Source of the DNA: a virus | Lineage: Duplodnaviria; Caudoviricetes | Direction: 5' to 3' (one strand) | Length of the DNA stretch: 57,794 nt | Virus record (IMG/VR): IMGVR_UViG_3300036846_000250 | Location: 1 to 57,794 of that record | In this document: positions 1 through 8,154 of the stretch, piece by piece | Layout: each line of letters starts with the position of its first letter | How positions within the stretch are numbered: position 1 is the stretch's first letter | Notes under the pieces: generated by a model | The model's input: the letters and a program-made list of their open reading frames with translations, nothing else | Told to the model about the DNA's origin: nothing | Database searches by the model: none | Translations under genes and position numbers: made by a program

Positions 1-127
1 ACGGCTTGGACGCGGCAGGGACTTCGGTCTGCGCAAGGCGAATTGCCATTGCAGGGACTTTGTCGACGCCGAAACCGTGTTCGCACACGGCGATGTAATA
101 AGGTTTCTCGGTGTAATAAGTGACGAG
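1..127. repeat. Terminal direct repeat (identical to 57668-57794); most likely circular-assembly k-mer overlap
   Basis: First 127 nt equal last 127 nt; 127 is a common maximum assembler k; an ORF reads through the join. Confidence 0.9.
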
Positions 128-220
128 CGGTTTTGCTTCACGCGCCTCTCTGCGAACACGCTGCAATTCGCGCTCGATCATTACACGCTCGACTGCATCT
201 GCTAATGGATAACGTTTCAT
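1..220 (-). CDS. N-terminal part of hypothetical protein spanning the circular junction (continues to 57525)
   Basis: ATG at 220 preceded by GGAGG; MKRYPLADAVERV...YYIAVCEHGFG is in frame with ORF 57525..57755. Confidence 0.7.
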   Translation of the reverse strand, partial: MKRYPLADAVERVMIERELQRVRREAREAKPLVTYYTEKPYYIAVCEHGFGVDKVPAMAIRLAQTEVPAASKP

Positions 221-401
221 TTTTTCCTCCGGTTGGTTGTGTATATGTTTGCGATGACCTGCGAGACGAGCCGCCTAATGTTTTCGCGGCGTGTTTATCC
301 GCCGCAGCGTATCTCAAACGAGCATACCACTCGCTCGCAGAGTCAAAGGCTCATAAGAGCGTCCAAGCGACTCGGGATCAAACCGAATCGCCTGACCGCC
401 A

Positions 402-878
402 TCATGCGAAATATCCGGCGCAAATCGGTCCGATGGAACGGGCGACCGAATCGGCTGCTTTAAGGTGACGACCGCAAACGATGCAACGCGCATATTGCGT
501 CAGGAACGCCTGCGCCTCTTTCAGCGGCCACTTGTCGGCTTCGGTCAGATTGTAGATCGCGCCAGCGCGATACACAGTCTCGAAATCGACTTTTTCGCCG
601 TGCTCGGTCATGCGAGGCGGCGACGCGATTACTTCTTTCGCGTAGCAACGGGTTTTGTCCTTGTTAGGCTTGACCACGTAGATGCGTCCATCTTTGCGAT
701 ATACGCCGACGCCGACGGCTTTGCCGCCGTTGGCTGCGAACGTGTTCGCGGTTGTGGTTTGCTCCGGACACTCAACGTGTTCGACGCCTCCGCCGCGTTC
801 CCACTCGACTTGATCGCCGACGTTTATATTGCCACCGCATTTGCGGCAGCGTGCTGGATATTTTGAAGTGATTTTCAT
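402..878 (-). CDS. Zn-ribbon protein with C-terminal DUF6011-like motif
   Basis: CRKC...H..C at N-terminus and CIVCGRHL..ADSVARSIGPICA at C-terminus; GAAAGGA RBS before ATG 878. Confidence 0.65.
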   Translation of the reverse strand: MKITSKYPARCRKCGGNINVGDQVEWERGGGVEHVECPEQTTTANTFAANGGKAVGVGVYRKDGRIYVVKPNKDKTRCYAKEVIASPPRMTEHGEKVDFETVYRAGAIYNLTEADKWPLKEAQAFLTQYARCIVCGRHLKAADSVARSIGPICAGYFA

Positions 879-967
879 TCTGTAGGTTTCCTTTCGGTGT
901 GTATGTTTTTGAAGCGTGATTGCTTCCTGCAACGCCGACCGGATGGAACAGTCGGCGTTGCGTGGAA

Positions 968-1864
968 TCACTCTGCTGCTTCGTCGTGGTTGACGTCGAG
1001 GACGTAGTCAGCGGCTCGGTGCGCTGCTGCGGCTGCGTGGACGACCATCTTGTGATCGTTCTTCAACGCTTTTAACCAGCCTTTGATGTAGGCGGCGCTG
1101 TGGTCGGCGGTGTTCTCGATGCCGGAAATCGCACACAGGAATGCTGCGGTCATTTCGGCAATGAGTTCTTCCTTCGCATACGGCTCGGAACCGAACTGCT
1201 TGGCATCTTCGGCGCATCCGGCGAAGCGGCCTTCGCGTGACGCGTGCCCTGTCGAGTGCGCCAGTTCGTGGAACAGCGTGGTGTAGAATCCGCTCGGACT
1301 GTCGAACGATTCTTTGACCGGCATTTTGACTCGGTCGAACATCGGCGAGTAACATGCTGCGCTGCCGTTGTAGATGATCTCAGGACGCTTCGGCATTCCG
1401 GCGACGATCTTCTCCGCTTCGGCGACCGGATTAAATTTCTTCGCCGATTTTTTCGGTTTCTCGACCTTCGGCAATTTGGCTTCGAGGCCGTCGCACTGCT
1501 CGACGTTGAACACACGATAGTAGCGAAGCAGGAACACGCGTTTCGTTTCGCCTGTTTTCTTGTCTTCGATCTCGTCGCGTTTCCAGAATACTGCCAGCGT
1601 GGACTGCTCGCCTGCGCGAACTTGTCCGCCGAGCTTGGCACACTGGTTGTAGGTCAGCCAATATGGCGACGCGTAACCTGCTGCGGCGAGCATCCAAACG
1701 TTGATGCCGCGATACGGCCGCTTGCTGACCAGATTTACTGGCATCTGAGGGCGACCGCTGTTATCGACTGTCCACGGCTTGCGCCACGGAATTGTGCCGC
1801 CTTGCAACAGGGCGATGATTTTGTCGGTGACGATCTGATATACGTCTGTGAACTGTTTTTTCAT
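968..1864 (-). CDS. ardC: ArdC-like antirestriction/ssDNA-binding protein with zincin-like metallopeptidase domain
   Basis: IPWRKPW, PYRGINVW, WLTYNQ, YRVFNVEQ, HELAHSTGH, YAKEELIAE, YIKGWLKAL motifs; start taken at MKKQFTD. Confidence 0.9.
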   Translation of the reverse strand: MKKQFTDVYQIVTDKIIALLQGGTIPWRKPWTVDNSGRPQMPVNLVSKRPYRGINVWMLAAAGYASPYWLTYNQCAKLGGQVRAGEQSTLAVFWKRDEIEDKKTGETKRVFLLRYYRVFNVEQCDGLEAKLPKVEKPKKSAKKFNPVAEAEKIVAGMPKRPEIIYNGSAACYSPMFDRVKMPVKESFDSPSGFYTTLFHELAHSTGHASREGRFAGCAEDAKQFGSEPYAKEELIAEMTAAFLCAISGIENTADHSAAYIKGWLKALKNDHKMVVHAAAAAHRAADYVLDVNHDEAAE

Positions 1865-1936
1865 TTTGTGTGTGTATGTTTGCGACGCAATTTGCAGCGT
1901 CGTTTGCACGGCCATTCGGCGGTGCGTGGTTTGTTT

Positions 1937-2012
1937 TGGTCTGTCTCATCAGCGTGCGATGACCAGTGCGCACGAACGACGGAAAAACTTAATTTCCCTC
2001 CGTCGTTTCGAC
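1937..2012 (-). ncRNA. Type II hammerhead ribozyme (HHR-1)
   Basis: Minus strand: GUC-GAA-A-CGACGGAGGGA/UUUUUCCGUCG-U-U^-CGUGCG/CGCACG-CUGAUGA-GAC; loop I UGGUC pairs with 3' tail GACCA; predicted cleavage between 1975 and 1974. Confidence 0.9.
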
Positions 2013-2372
2013 TTCATTTCGACGATCCACATGTTGGCTGGCGCGTTTCTTTTTCTGGTGGCCACACGCAAGGGCAGAGCCGTGATAACCCACGGCGGCA
2101 CAGCTGTTACAGTGATCGAGTCAGCGATGGTGATCTTTTTCGGTTGGCCACCGCTGCAAGTGCATTCTCAAACGTTCGGTTATTTCTTCAATCAGGCGCG
2201 TGGAATAAATCTCACTCTGCTGACTGCGAATCTTTAGGCGGGTCGGACGCCAATGGTATCAAAGAACTGACACGAGAATCACGCCGGATAAGACAAAAAC
2301 AACAGGAAAAACAAAAAAAACAGAAAAAGATTTGGCGGTGCCTGTTTTCCCCTGCGTGCGCCCCTCCGATGG

Positions 2373-2400
2373 AAGCTTATCTGCGTTTGGTGATAAGCTT
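2373..2400 (+). repeat. 28-bp palindromic element, copy 1
   Basis: AAGCTTATCTGCGTTTGGTGATAAGCTT in the divergent promoter region. Confidence 0.95.
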
Positions 2401-2427
2401 TCCCGCTTTACGGCCGGAAAATATTTC

Positions 2428-2457
2428 TTGCGCTTTAATTGCCACCGTGCTTACCGT
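2428..2457 (+). promoter_or_regulatory. Putative sigma70-type promoter for a leaderless transcript
   Basis: TTGCGC-N18-TACCGT, 6 nt before ATG 2464; no SD. Confidence 0.45.
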
Positions 2458-2463
2458 GGGCGC

Positions 2464-2766
2464 ATGGCTACTAAAAAACAAACCGAACTGCATATCGAGG
2501 GCAAAGGCGTTTCGCCTGCGAACATTCCAGAGATCGACAAGCTTGCTGACGATTACATCAAAGAACGCGACAAACGCATGAAACAAACTCCGCGCGAAGT
2601 CGCCGCCAAAGGCAAATTGATCGACGCGCTGCATGAGCACGCCGACCAACTGAAAAATCCTGACGGCGACATTCTGTATCGCATGGACAGTTTGCTGATC
2701 ACGTTGACCGCTGGAAAAGAAAAACTGCAAGTGCGCGACGTGAGCGAACAAGACGAGGCGCAATGA
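2464..2766 (+). CDS. Hypothetical protein
   Basis: MATKKQTELH...; ATGA overlap with next gene. Confidence 0.7.
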   Translation: MATKKQTELHIEGKGVSPANIPEIDKLADDYIKERDKRMKQTPREVAAKGKLIDALHEHADQLKNPDGDILYRMDSLLITLTAGKEKLQVRDVSEQDEAQ

Positions 2767-3263
2767 TCGCGCACAGCCAGCGTAGCGTGAGAGAGGCACG
2801 CGGACTCGTTACGCTGACCGATGACGAAGCGCGACGCGCTGTCGAAGCTGGTCGCAAACGACATGCTGCCTCGCGCGTGCAACGCCTGCACAATGCACGC
2901 GAGGATTTGCCTACAGGCGAATGGATGCTGCACGATATCATGGGCGCACTGGGAGAATTCGCTGCATGCAAAGCGCTCGGTCGGACATGGGAGGCTCGCA
3001 TCAATAACTTCCACAACGCCGATTTCGGAGAACGCGCCCAAGTGCGCACATCCACATATCGCAATGCCTGTCTCATCGTTAGGCCAAAAGACAATGATGA
3101 TCATTACTTCATCCTCGTTGTCGGTGATGCGCCTCCGAATAAAACGTTCACAGTCATCGGCTACATCAAAGGTGCAGACGCCAAACGCCAACGGTGGCGT
3201 CGCAATCCGCGAGGCATTGCTCCTGCGTATTTCGTTCCTCAATCGGATCTGTTGCCTCTGTGA
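2763..3263 (+). CDS. Hypothetical phage protein, possible restriction-endonuclease-like fold
   Basis: GALGEFAACKALG...ADFG...QVRTS pattern; translationally coupled. Confidence 0.55.
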   Translation: MIAHSQRSVREARGLVTLTDDEARRAVEAGRKRHAASRVQRLHNAREDLPTGEWMLHDIMGALGEFAACKALGRTWEARINNFHNADFGERAQVRTSTYRNACLIVRPKDNDDHYFILVVGDAPPNKTFTVIGYIKGADAKRQRWRRNPRGIAPAYFVPQSDLLPL

Positions 3264-3475
3264 TTGCTTCGCACATCAAGAGAAATTTTTTCGCGTGGGG
3301 CCTGAATAGGTTCTGTTGCAAAAAAAAGTCGACTGAGGACGCGGAGAGGCACCAAATATTTTTAGATACTGCACAGGGCATTTTGCATGTCACCGCACTT
3401 GGCCACCTAGCGTGGGAAGTGGTGTGAAAGTGACGTGATTCCCCTCCGGAAACCGGATGAAAGGCGGACAAAAAA

Positions 3476-4042
3476 ATGGCGGCACAAACTATTGAAACGG
3501 CGATGCTGGCGAAACTGCTGGACATAACGCCGAGGCACGTTATCCGGCTGACGAACGACGGCGTGCTTAGTCGGGCGATCGACGACGACGGAAACGAATT
3601 GCGCGGTCGTTATTCGCTGCTGGCGGTGCGCGACTACTGTCGATACCTCCGGTCACAGATGCGCGTCGGCGATACTGGGCAGGCGCAATGGGAAGCTTCA
3701 CGAAACAAACGAATGGCTGCCGAGGCTGAGATGAGCGACCTGCGCGTGAAGCAATACAAAGGCCAGCTGCACAACGCACACGACGTGGAGTTCGCAATCA
3801 CGAACATGATGACATATTTCAAGCAGCGTGCGCTGGCATTTCCCTCGAGAGTGGCGCGGCTGTGCGTAGGCAAAAATTTCCGGCAGATTTTGGAGATACT
3901 TTCAGACGAGATCGAACTGCTTTTGCGAGAACTTTCGGGTTATGACGCTTCGCAATTCACCGAGCAGGATGAGAAATATTTGGAGAACGAGAACGCGGAA
4001 CTGAATGGAAGCGACGGCGACAACGGCGAGTCTTCGGCGTGA
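3476..4042 (+). CDS. terS: Terminase small subunit (Nu1-like)
   Basis: N-terminal HTH (LAKLLDITPRHVIRL), RY.L..VRDYCRYLR, coiled coil; directly upstream of TerL. Confidence 0.85.
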   Translation: MAAQTIETAMLAKLLDITPRHVIRLTNDGVLSRAIDDDGNELRGRYSLLAVRDYCRYLRSQMRVGDTGQAQWEASRNKRMAAEAEMSDLRVKQYKGQLHNAHDVEFAITNMMTYFKQRALAFPSRVARLCVGKNFRQILEILSDEIELLLRELSGYDASQFTEQDEKYLENENAELNGSDGDNGESSA

Positions 4043-5948
4043 CGAGTATCTAGCGACCAAAAAGTTCTGCTGGTCGTTCGTTTCCGTCGTTAGGCCACCG
4101 TCGAAAATCACGCTTTCCGAGTGGGCGGACAAGTATCGCGTGCTCTCGTCTGAGAGTTCGGCCGAACCTGGTGCGTGGGTCACAGCGAAAGCGCCCTACG
4201 AAAAAGAGATCATGGACGCGATCAGTGATCCGTTCGTGCAGCGCGTGGCGATACAAAAAGCTGCGCAGCTCGGAATCACTGACGCGGCGATCTTGAATCC
4301 GGTCGGCTACTTCATGGACGCCGATCCGTGTCCGATCTTGGTCGTGCAGCCGACAATCGAAATGGCTGAGACGTTCTCGACCGACAGGCTTGCGCCGATG
4401 CTGCGCGACAGCAAGCGGCTGCGGCACAAAGTATCGGACGCGCGTTCACGCGACAGTTCAAACACGCTGCGCCGGAAAGCGTTCAAGGGCGGATTCGTGG
4501 CGCTCGGCGGCGCGAACAGCGCGGCGTCACTCTCTGGCCGACCGGTGCGAGCGGTGCTACTGGACGACGTCGACCGATATCCGGCGAGTGCCGGAACGGA
4601 GGGCAATCCGCTGCAACTGGCAATCGCTCGCACGACCGCATTTTGGAATCGCAAAATTGTGATCGTGTCGTCACCCGGCATCCGAGGCATATCGCACATC
4701 GAGCGTGAAATGGAGGACTCGACGCAGGAACACTGGTATCTGCCCTGTCCGGAGTGCGAGTGCATGCAAATTCTCGACTGGGACAGGATTCGATTTGCCG
4801 ATATGACGCATCGTTGCCTCGAGTGCGAAAAGTATTTCGAGAAATTTCTCTGGCTGGCTGGCGAGGGCGAGTGGCGAGCGCACAAGCCGTTCAACGAGCG
4901 CGGCGAAAAGATTTTGAAACGCGGCTTCTACCTGAGCGGCCTCTACAATCCTTGGATCGAATGGGAAATTCTTGTCGACGAGTTCATCAAGGCGGTCCGC
5001 GCCAACGAGGAGGGCGACATCGAGCCGTTGAAAGCGTTTCGCAATACGCGGCTCGGACTGCTGCACGACGAGAGCGGGACAAAAGTCGAGATCGATCTTT
5101 ACGCCGAGCGGCGCGAGGACTACGACGCGGAAATTCCCGACGGTGTTCTGGCGTTGACTGCTGGCGTGGACGTGGGCGAATACGCGTTGAACTACGAGGT
5201 CGTCGGCTGGGGCATAGGGCGTGAATCGTGGGGCATCGAATACGGTTTGATCGACGGCGATCCGCGCGAGGCCGACGTGTGGGACATACTTGACGAAGTG
5301 CTTTATCGCCAGACGTGGACGACGAGCGACGACAAAAAAATGCGCTGCCGGAAAATCGCTGTCGACAGTGGTTACGCTGCGGACTTCGTCTACACCTACA
5401 CCAAGATGCGTCAGCCGCGTTGCATTGCGATTAAAGGCATGGGCGGACTGGGCCGACCGTTCATCATCGGTGCTGGCTCATACACCAAAGGCAATCGCGC
5501 TCGGTTGCAGCCGATAGGCGTCGACAACGGCAAAGAGGAAATTGTCAATCGCCTGCTGGTGTCCAAGGTGGGGGCTGGTTACTGTCACTTTCCACGACTG
5601 AAAAATGGCGAAGCGACGCGCGGCTACGACGAGGAATATTTCAAAGGGCTGACGGCGGAGCGCCGGATCGTGAAAGCGAAACTCGGTTTCCGGACATACA
5701 TCTGGACGAAACGATTGTCGCAGCGGAACGAGCCATTCGACTGCCGGAACTACGCGCTAGCTGCGCTGGCGATGCCGTCGAGCGGCATTCATCTTGACAC
5801 GATGAGACGCGACATTTTCAGCGTGGCGGAAACAAAGAACGAGTCGACGGTGTTCGGCGCACAGGCGCGATCAATGACAGCGCCGCCTCCGCCGTCGCAG
5901 GGCGAGTCGCGCGGCGGTTTTGGTGCGCAGAATCGGCCACTGACGTGA
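4005..5948 (+). CDS. terL: Terminase large subunit, lambda GpA family
   Basis: LSEWADKYR, KAAQLG (Walker A variant), LLDDVDRYP, CPEC, AGVDV, AVDSG, RNEPFDCRNYA. Confidence 0.95.
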   Translation: MEATATTASLRRDEYLATKKFCWSFVSVVRPPSKITLSEWADKYRVLSSESSAEPGAWVTAKAPYEKEIMDAISDPFVQRVAIQKAAQLGITDAAILNPVGYFMDADPCPILVVQPTIEMAETFSTDRLAPMLRDSKRLRHKVSDARSRDSSNTLRRKAFKGGFVALGGANSAASLSGRPVRAVLLDDVDRYPASAGTEGNPLQLAIARTTAFWNRKIVIVSSPGIRGISHIEREMEDSTQEHWYLPCPECECMQILDWDRIRFADMTHRCLECEKYFEKFLWLAGEGEWRAHKPFNERGEKILKRGFYLSGLYNPWIEWEILVDEFIKAVRANEEGDIEPLKAFRNTRLGLLHDESGTKVEIDLYAERREDYDAEIPDGVLALTAGVDVGEYALNYEVVGWGIGRESWGIEYGLIDGDPREADVWDILDEVLYRQTWTTSDDKKMRCRKIAVDSGYAADFVYTYTKMRQPRCIAIKGMGGLGRPFIIGAGSYTKGNRARLQPIGVDNGKEEIVNRLLVSKVGAGYCHFPRLKNGEATRGYDEEYFKGLTAERRIVKAKLGFRTYIWTKRLSQRNEPFDCRNYALAALAMPSSGIHLDTMRRDIFSVAETKNESTVFGAQARSMTAPPPPSQGESRGGFGAQNRPLT

Positions 5949-5975
5949 AAGGTATCTGCATTTGGTGATAAGCTT
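5949..5975 (+). repeat. 28-bp palindromic element, copy 2 (AAGGTATC left-arm variant)
   Basis: AAGGTATCTGCATTTGGTGATAAGCTT directly after the terL stop. Confidence 0.9.
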
Positions 5976-6139
5976 TCCTGCTGCGTGTGCCCCACCATAG
6001 AGTTATTTCCCAACGGGCGTAACAACAACTTTTTTTCTGCTGCGAGACCCCCAGCAGGGCCAAAAAGAAAAACGACAGAAAAGACAAAAAAGACAGAAAA
6101 GGCCATTGTCTTTGTTTTTTTCCACCTGATCTTAGTGGC

Positions 6140-6562
6140 ATGATTACGACAGGAAACCGAGCGGAAAACTGGAACGGCATGAACTGGATTCGCCAAGAAA
6201 AAAGACTGGCGATCTATATGCGCGACGGTCTGGCTTGCGCCTATTGCGGCGACGCGGTCGAGAACGGTGCGACGCTGGCGCTGGATCATGTCAAGCCGGT
6301 TGCCAAAGGCGGCTGCAACGACGCGACAAATCTGGTGACTGCTTGCGAGCGTTGCAACGCCAGCAAAGGCAAACGCAGTCTGAAAGCGTTCGCCGCTGCG
6401 GTTGCCGAGTATCTCGATCACGGTGTGACAGCCGAATCAATTTTGGTTCACGTTCGCAAACAGCTTCGCGTGAAGCTGGACACGAGCGCGGCCAAGGCGA
6501 TGATCGCCAAACGCGGCAGCGCGGCCAAGGTGCTCGCAGCCGCACGCAGTCAACAACACTAA
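6140..6562 (+). CDS. HNH endonuclease
   Basis: RDGLACAYCG...LDHVKPVAKGG..DATNLVTACERCNASKG. Confidence 0.9.
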   Translation: MITTGNRAENWNGMNWIRQEKRLAIYMRDGLACAYCGDAVENGATLALDHVKPVAKGGCNDATNLVTACERCNASKGKRSLKAFAAAVAEYLDHGVTAESILVHVRKQLRVKLDTSAAKAMIAKRGSAAKVLAAARSQQH

Positions 6563-6581
6563 CCAAGGACACATACACACA

Positions 6582-7178
6582 ATGAAATGCCCATCATGCA
6601 ATAAGTTCTGCGGTCTTGAAATGCAGGATCCGGAAGTCAATTCGGTCGACTTCGACGCGAGCGACCTCGACAACATCACGCTGACGACCGACGTTCGCAT
6701 CGTTCGCAACAGCGAGTGCTGCGGCGACGAGTGCAAGGAATACACGTTCAACACGGACGGCGAAGTCAGCGACGAGATCGTGGACAAAATGCGCGAGCTT
6801 CGCGCGGCTGACGCCGACGTGGAGTTCGAGGCGAACGAGGGCGGCTGCGACTCGATCGAGGAGGGCGGCGGACGCTACGCGAAGTCCTACTACGGCTACA
6901 GCTTGGAGGTCGAGATCGGCTACAACAAGCCAACGGCTGGCCGCACGACCGAGCAACAGGCGGAGTTCGCCAAGCTGATCGCTGCGCTGGAGCGAATCAT
7001 GGCGGCGAACAACGAGCGTCGGGACTTCTCGGCGAACGCGCCACGCGCAATCGAGCCGGACGCTGATCGCGTTCGCCGCATCGTTTTGTCCAACATTGGC
7101 CGACCGGAGTTCGTATCGCTCGGCACGGTGACGGTCGACGACAAGGTCGCTGCCAGCGGAATGGACGAGCTGAACTAA
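6582..7178 (+). CDS. Acidic hypothetical protein with Cys motifs
   Basis: MKCPSCNKFC, ECCG; AAGGA RBS; followed by terminator. Confidence 0.7.
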   Translation: MKCPSCNKFCGLEMQDPEVNSVDFDASDLDNITLTTDVRIVRNSECCGDECKEYTFNTDGEVSDEIVDKMRELRAADADVEFEANEGGCDSIEEGGGRYAKSYYGYSLEVEIGYNKPTAGRTTEQQAEFAKLIAALERIMAANNERRDFSANAPRAIEPDADRVRRIVLSNIGRPEFVSLGTVTVDDKVAASGMDELN

Positions 7179-7208
7179 GCGTGCTACACTGGCTCCTCGT
7201 AATCATCG

Positions 7209-7244
7209 CCGCCGTCGGGAGTAATCTCGGCGGCGGTTTTTTTT
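7209..7244 (+). terminator. Intrinsic terminator
   Basis: CCGCCGTCGGGA-GTAA-TCTCGGCGGCGG followed by T8. Confidence 0.85.
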
Positions 7245-7287
7245 GGTTGCCTGCACGGTCTACAGACCAGCAGGCGAATCGCGCAAA

Positions 7288-7390
7288 CGCGCGAGGATTG
7301 CCGTAAACACGTTTTGATTTCTCGGGAGTATGAGGAGTCCAGCGGTGCAATAAAAACGCGATATACGCGAACGTGGCGCGTTTTTGAGCG
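7288..7390 (+). repeat. ~100-bp bipartite element (family B), copy 1
   Basis: GAGGATTGC...CACGTTTT-N37-AAAACGCGATATACGCG. Confidence 0.7.
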
Positions 7391-7465
7391 GGTCTGGTGG
7401 CTGGTCGTGGGCGATTTCGCGGTTCTGGCGGTTTTCAGCGCCTTCGCATTTTGCGCCACGCATCG

Positions 7466-7493
7466 GAGCTTATCTGCATTTGGTGATAAGCTT
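7466..7493 (+). repeat. 28-bp palindromic element, copy 3
   Basis: GAGCTTATCTGCATTTGGTGATAAGCTT, overlapping the stop of 7492..7701. Confidence 0.95.
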
Positions 7494-7701
7494 ACCTCAC
7501 GACGCCGAACGGGCTGATCTTCTGGCCGGTTTCGCGGCTCGCCCACTGGCATAAAACGTTCGCGGCGATGCGGGTTCGGTAGCCTTTGCCTTCGTGTTCT
7601 CGACGGATCAACAACGCCATGACGCGCTGCGGAATAACGGTCTCAATACGGCAGTCGCCGACCTTCGGTCGCCCTCGTCCGCGTTTGGTTTGCTTCTGCA
7701 T
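7492..7701 (-). CDS. Small DNA-binding protein (RGRP AT-hook plus ribbon-helix-helix-like)
   Basis: RGRGRPK followed by strand RIETVIP and two predicted helices; lone reverse gene in the late region. Confidence 0.55.
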   Translation of the reverse strand: MQKQTKRGRGRPKVGDCRIETVIPQRVMALLIRREHEGKGYRTRIAANVLCQWASRETGQKISPFGVVR

Positions 7702-7800
7702 TTACCACGCAAATAGCAGGGATTGAATTTCTTGGCAATTAAATTTTTTAATTATACTCGTTTTTTCCCTCCGGAGACTCTGCTATTGTCGCCGTTCGGA

Positions 7801-8154
7801 ATGCCCGAACAGACTGTCACCGCTCCTGCGCCGACCGAGATTCAAGTCGTTAGGCCAGCGGTCACTGACACGCCGCCTCCCTCGAATACGTCGCCGCCGC
7901 CTCCGTTCGCGTCGTGGTGCGACTGGGCGCGGAACGGATATTTCAACGCGCTGGCTGCGCTTAATGCTGTCGGCACTGGCGTCAAAGCGTATCACATTGG
8001 CTCGCGCGGCGTGGAATATCTGACGGCGACCAACGTGTGGGCGATCGTGGACCAGTGGCGCAAGCTCTACGAATACTACTGCGGCGCGGACGCGCTTCCG
8101 CCGTCGATTACCGGACGCGACACAGCAATGCGTGTCGTGCCGCGTGACGTATGA
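7801..8154 (+). CDS. Head-tail joining protein (gpW-like)
   Basis: KAYHIGSRGVEY motif and C-terminal RVVPRDV directly before a lambda-type portal. Confidence 0.7.
   Translation: MPEQTVTAPAPTEIQVVRPAVTDTPPPSNTSPPPPFASWCDWARNGYFNALAALNAVGTGVKAYHIGSRGVEYLTATNVWAIVDQWRKLYEYYCGADALPPSITGRDTAMRVVPRDV

Noticed and set aside
1-127. Biological terminal repeat
   Set aside because: The length equals a common assembler k-mer, it falls mid-gene, and the GpA-type terminase suggests cos ends elsewhere (possibly 3264-3475, which I cannot pin down).
2040-2230. Twister or pistol ribozyme in the ardC leader
   Set aside because: Fragments such as GCAGAGUG and UAAC are present, but I could not assemble the conserved cores; kept only as an unassigned structured RNA.
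1244-2581. Long antisense ORFs (e.g. 1244..2581, 11672..12958, 40941..42020, 53338..54558)
   Set aside because: Shadow ORFs opposite well-supported genes in GC-rich DNA, with no motifs or RBS.
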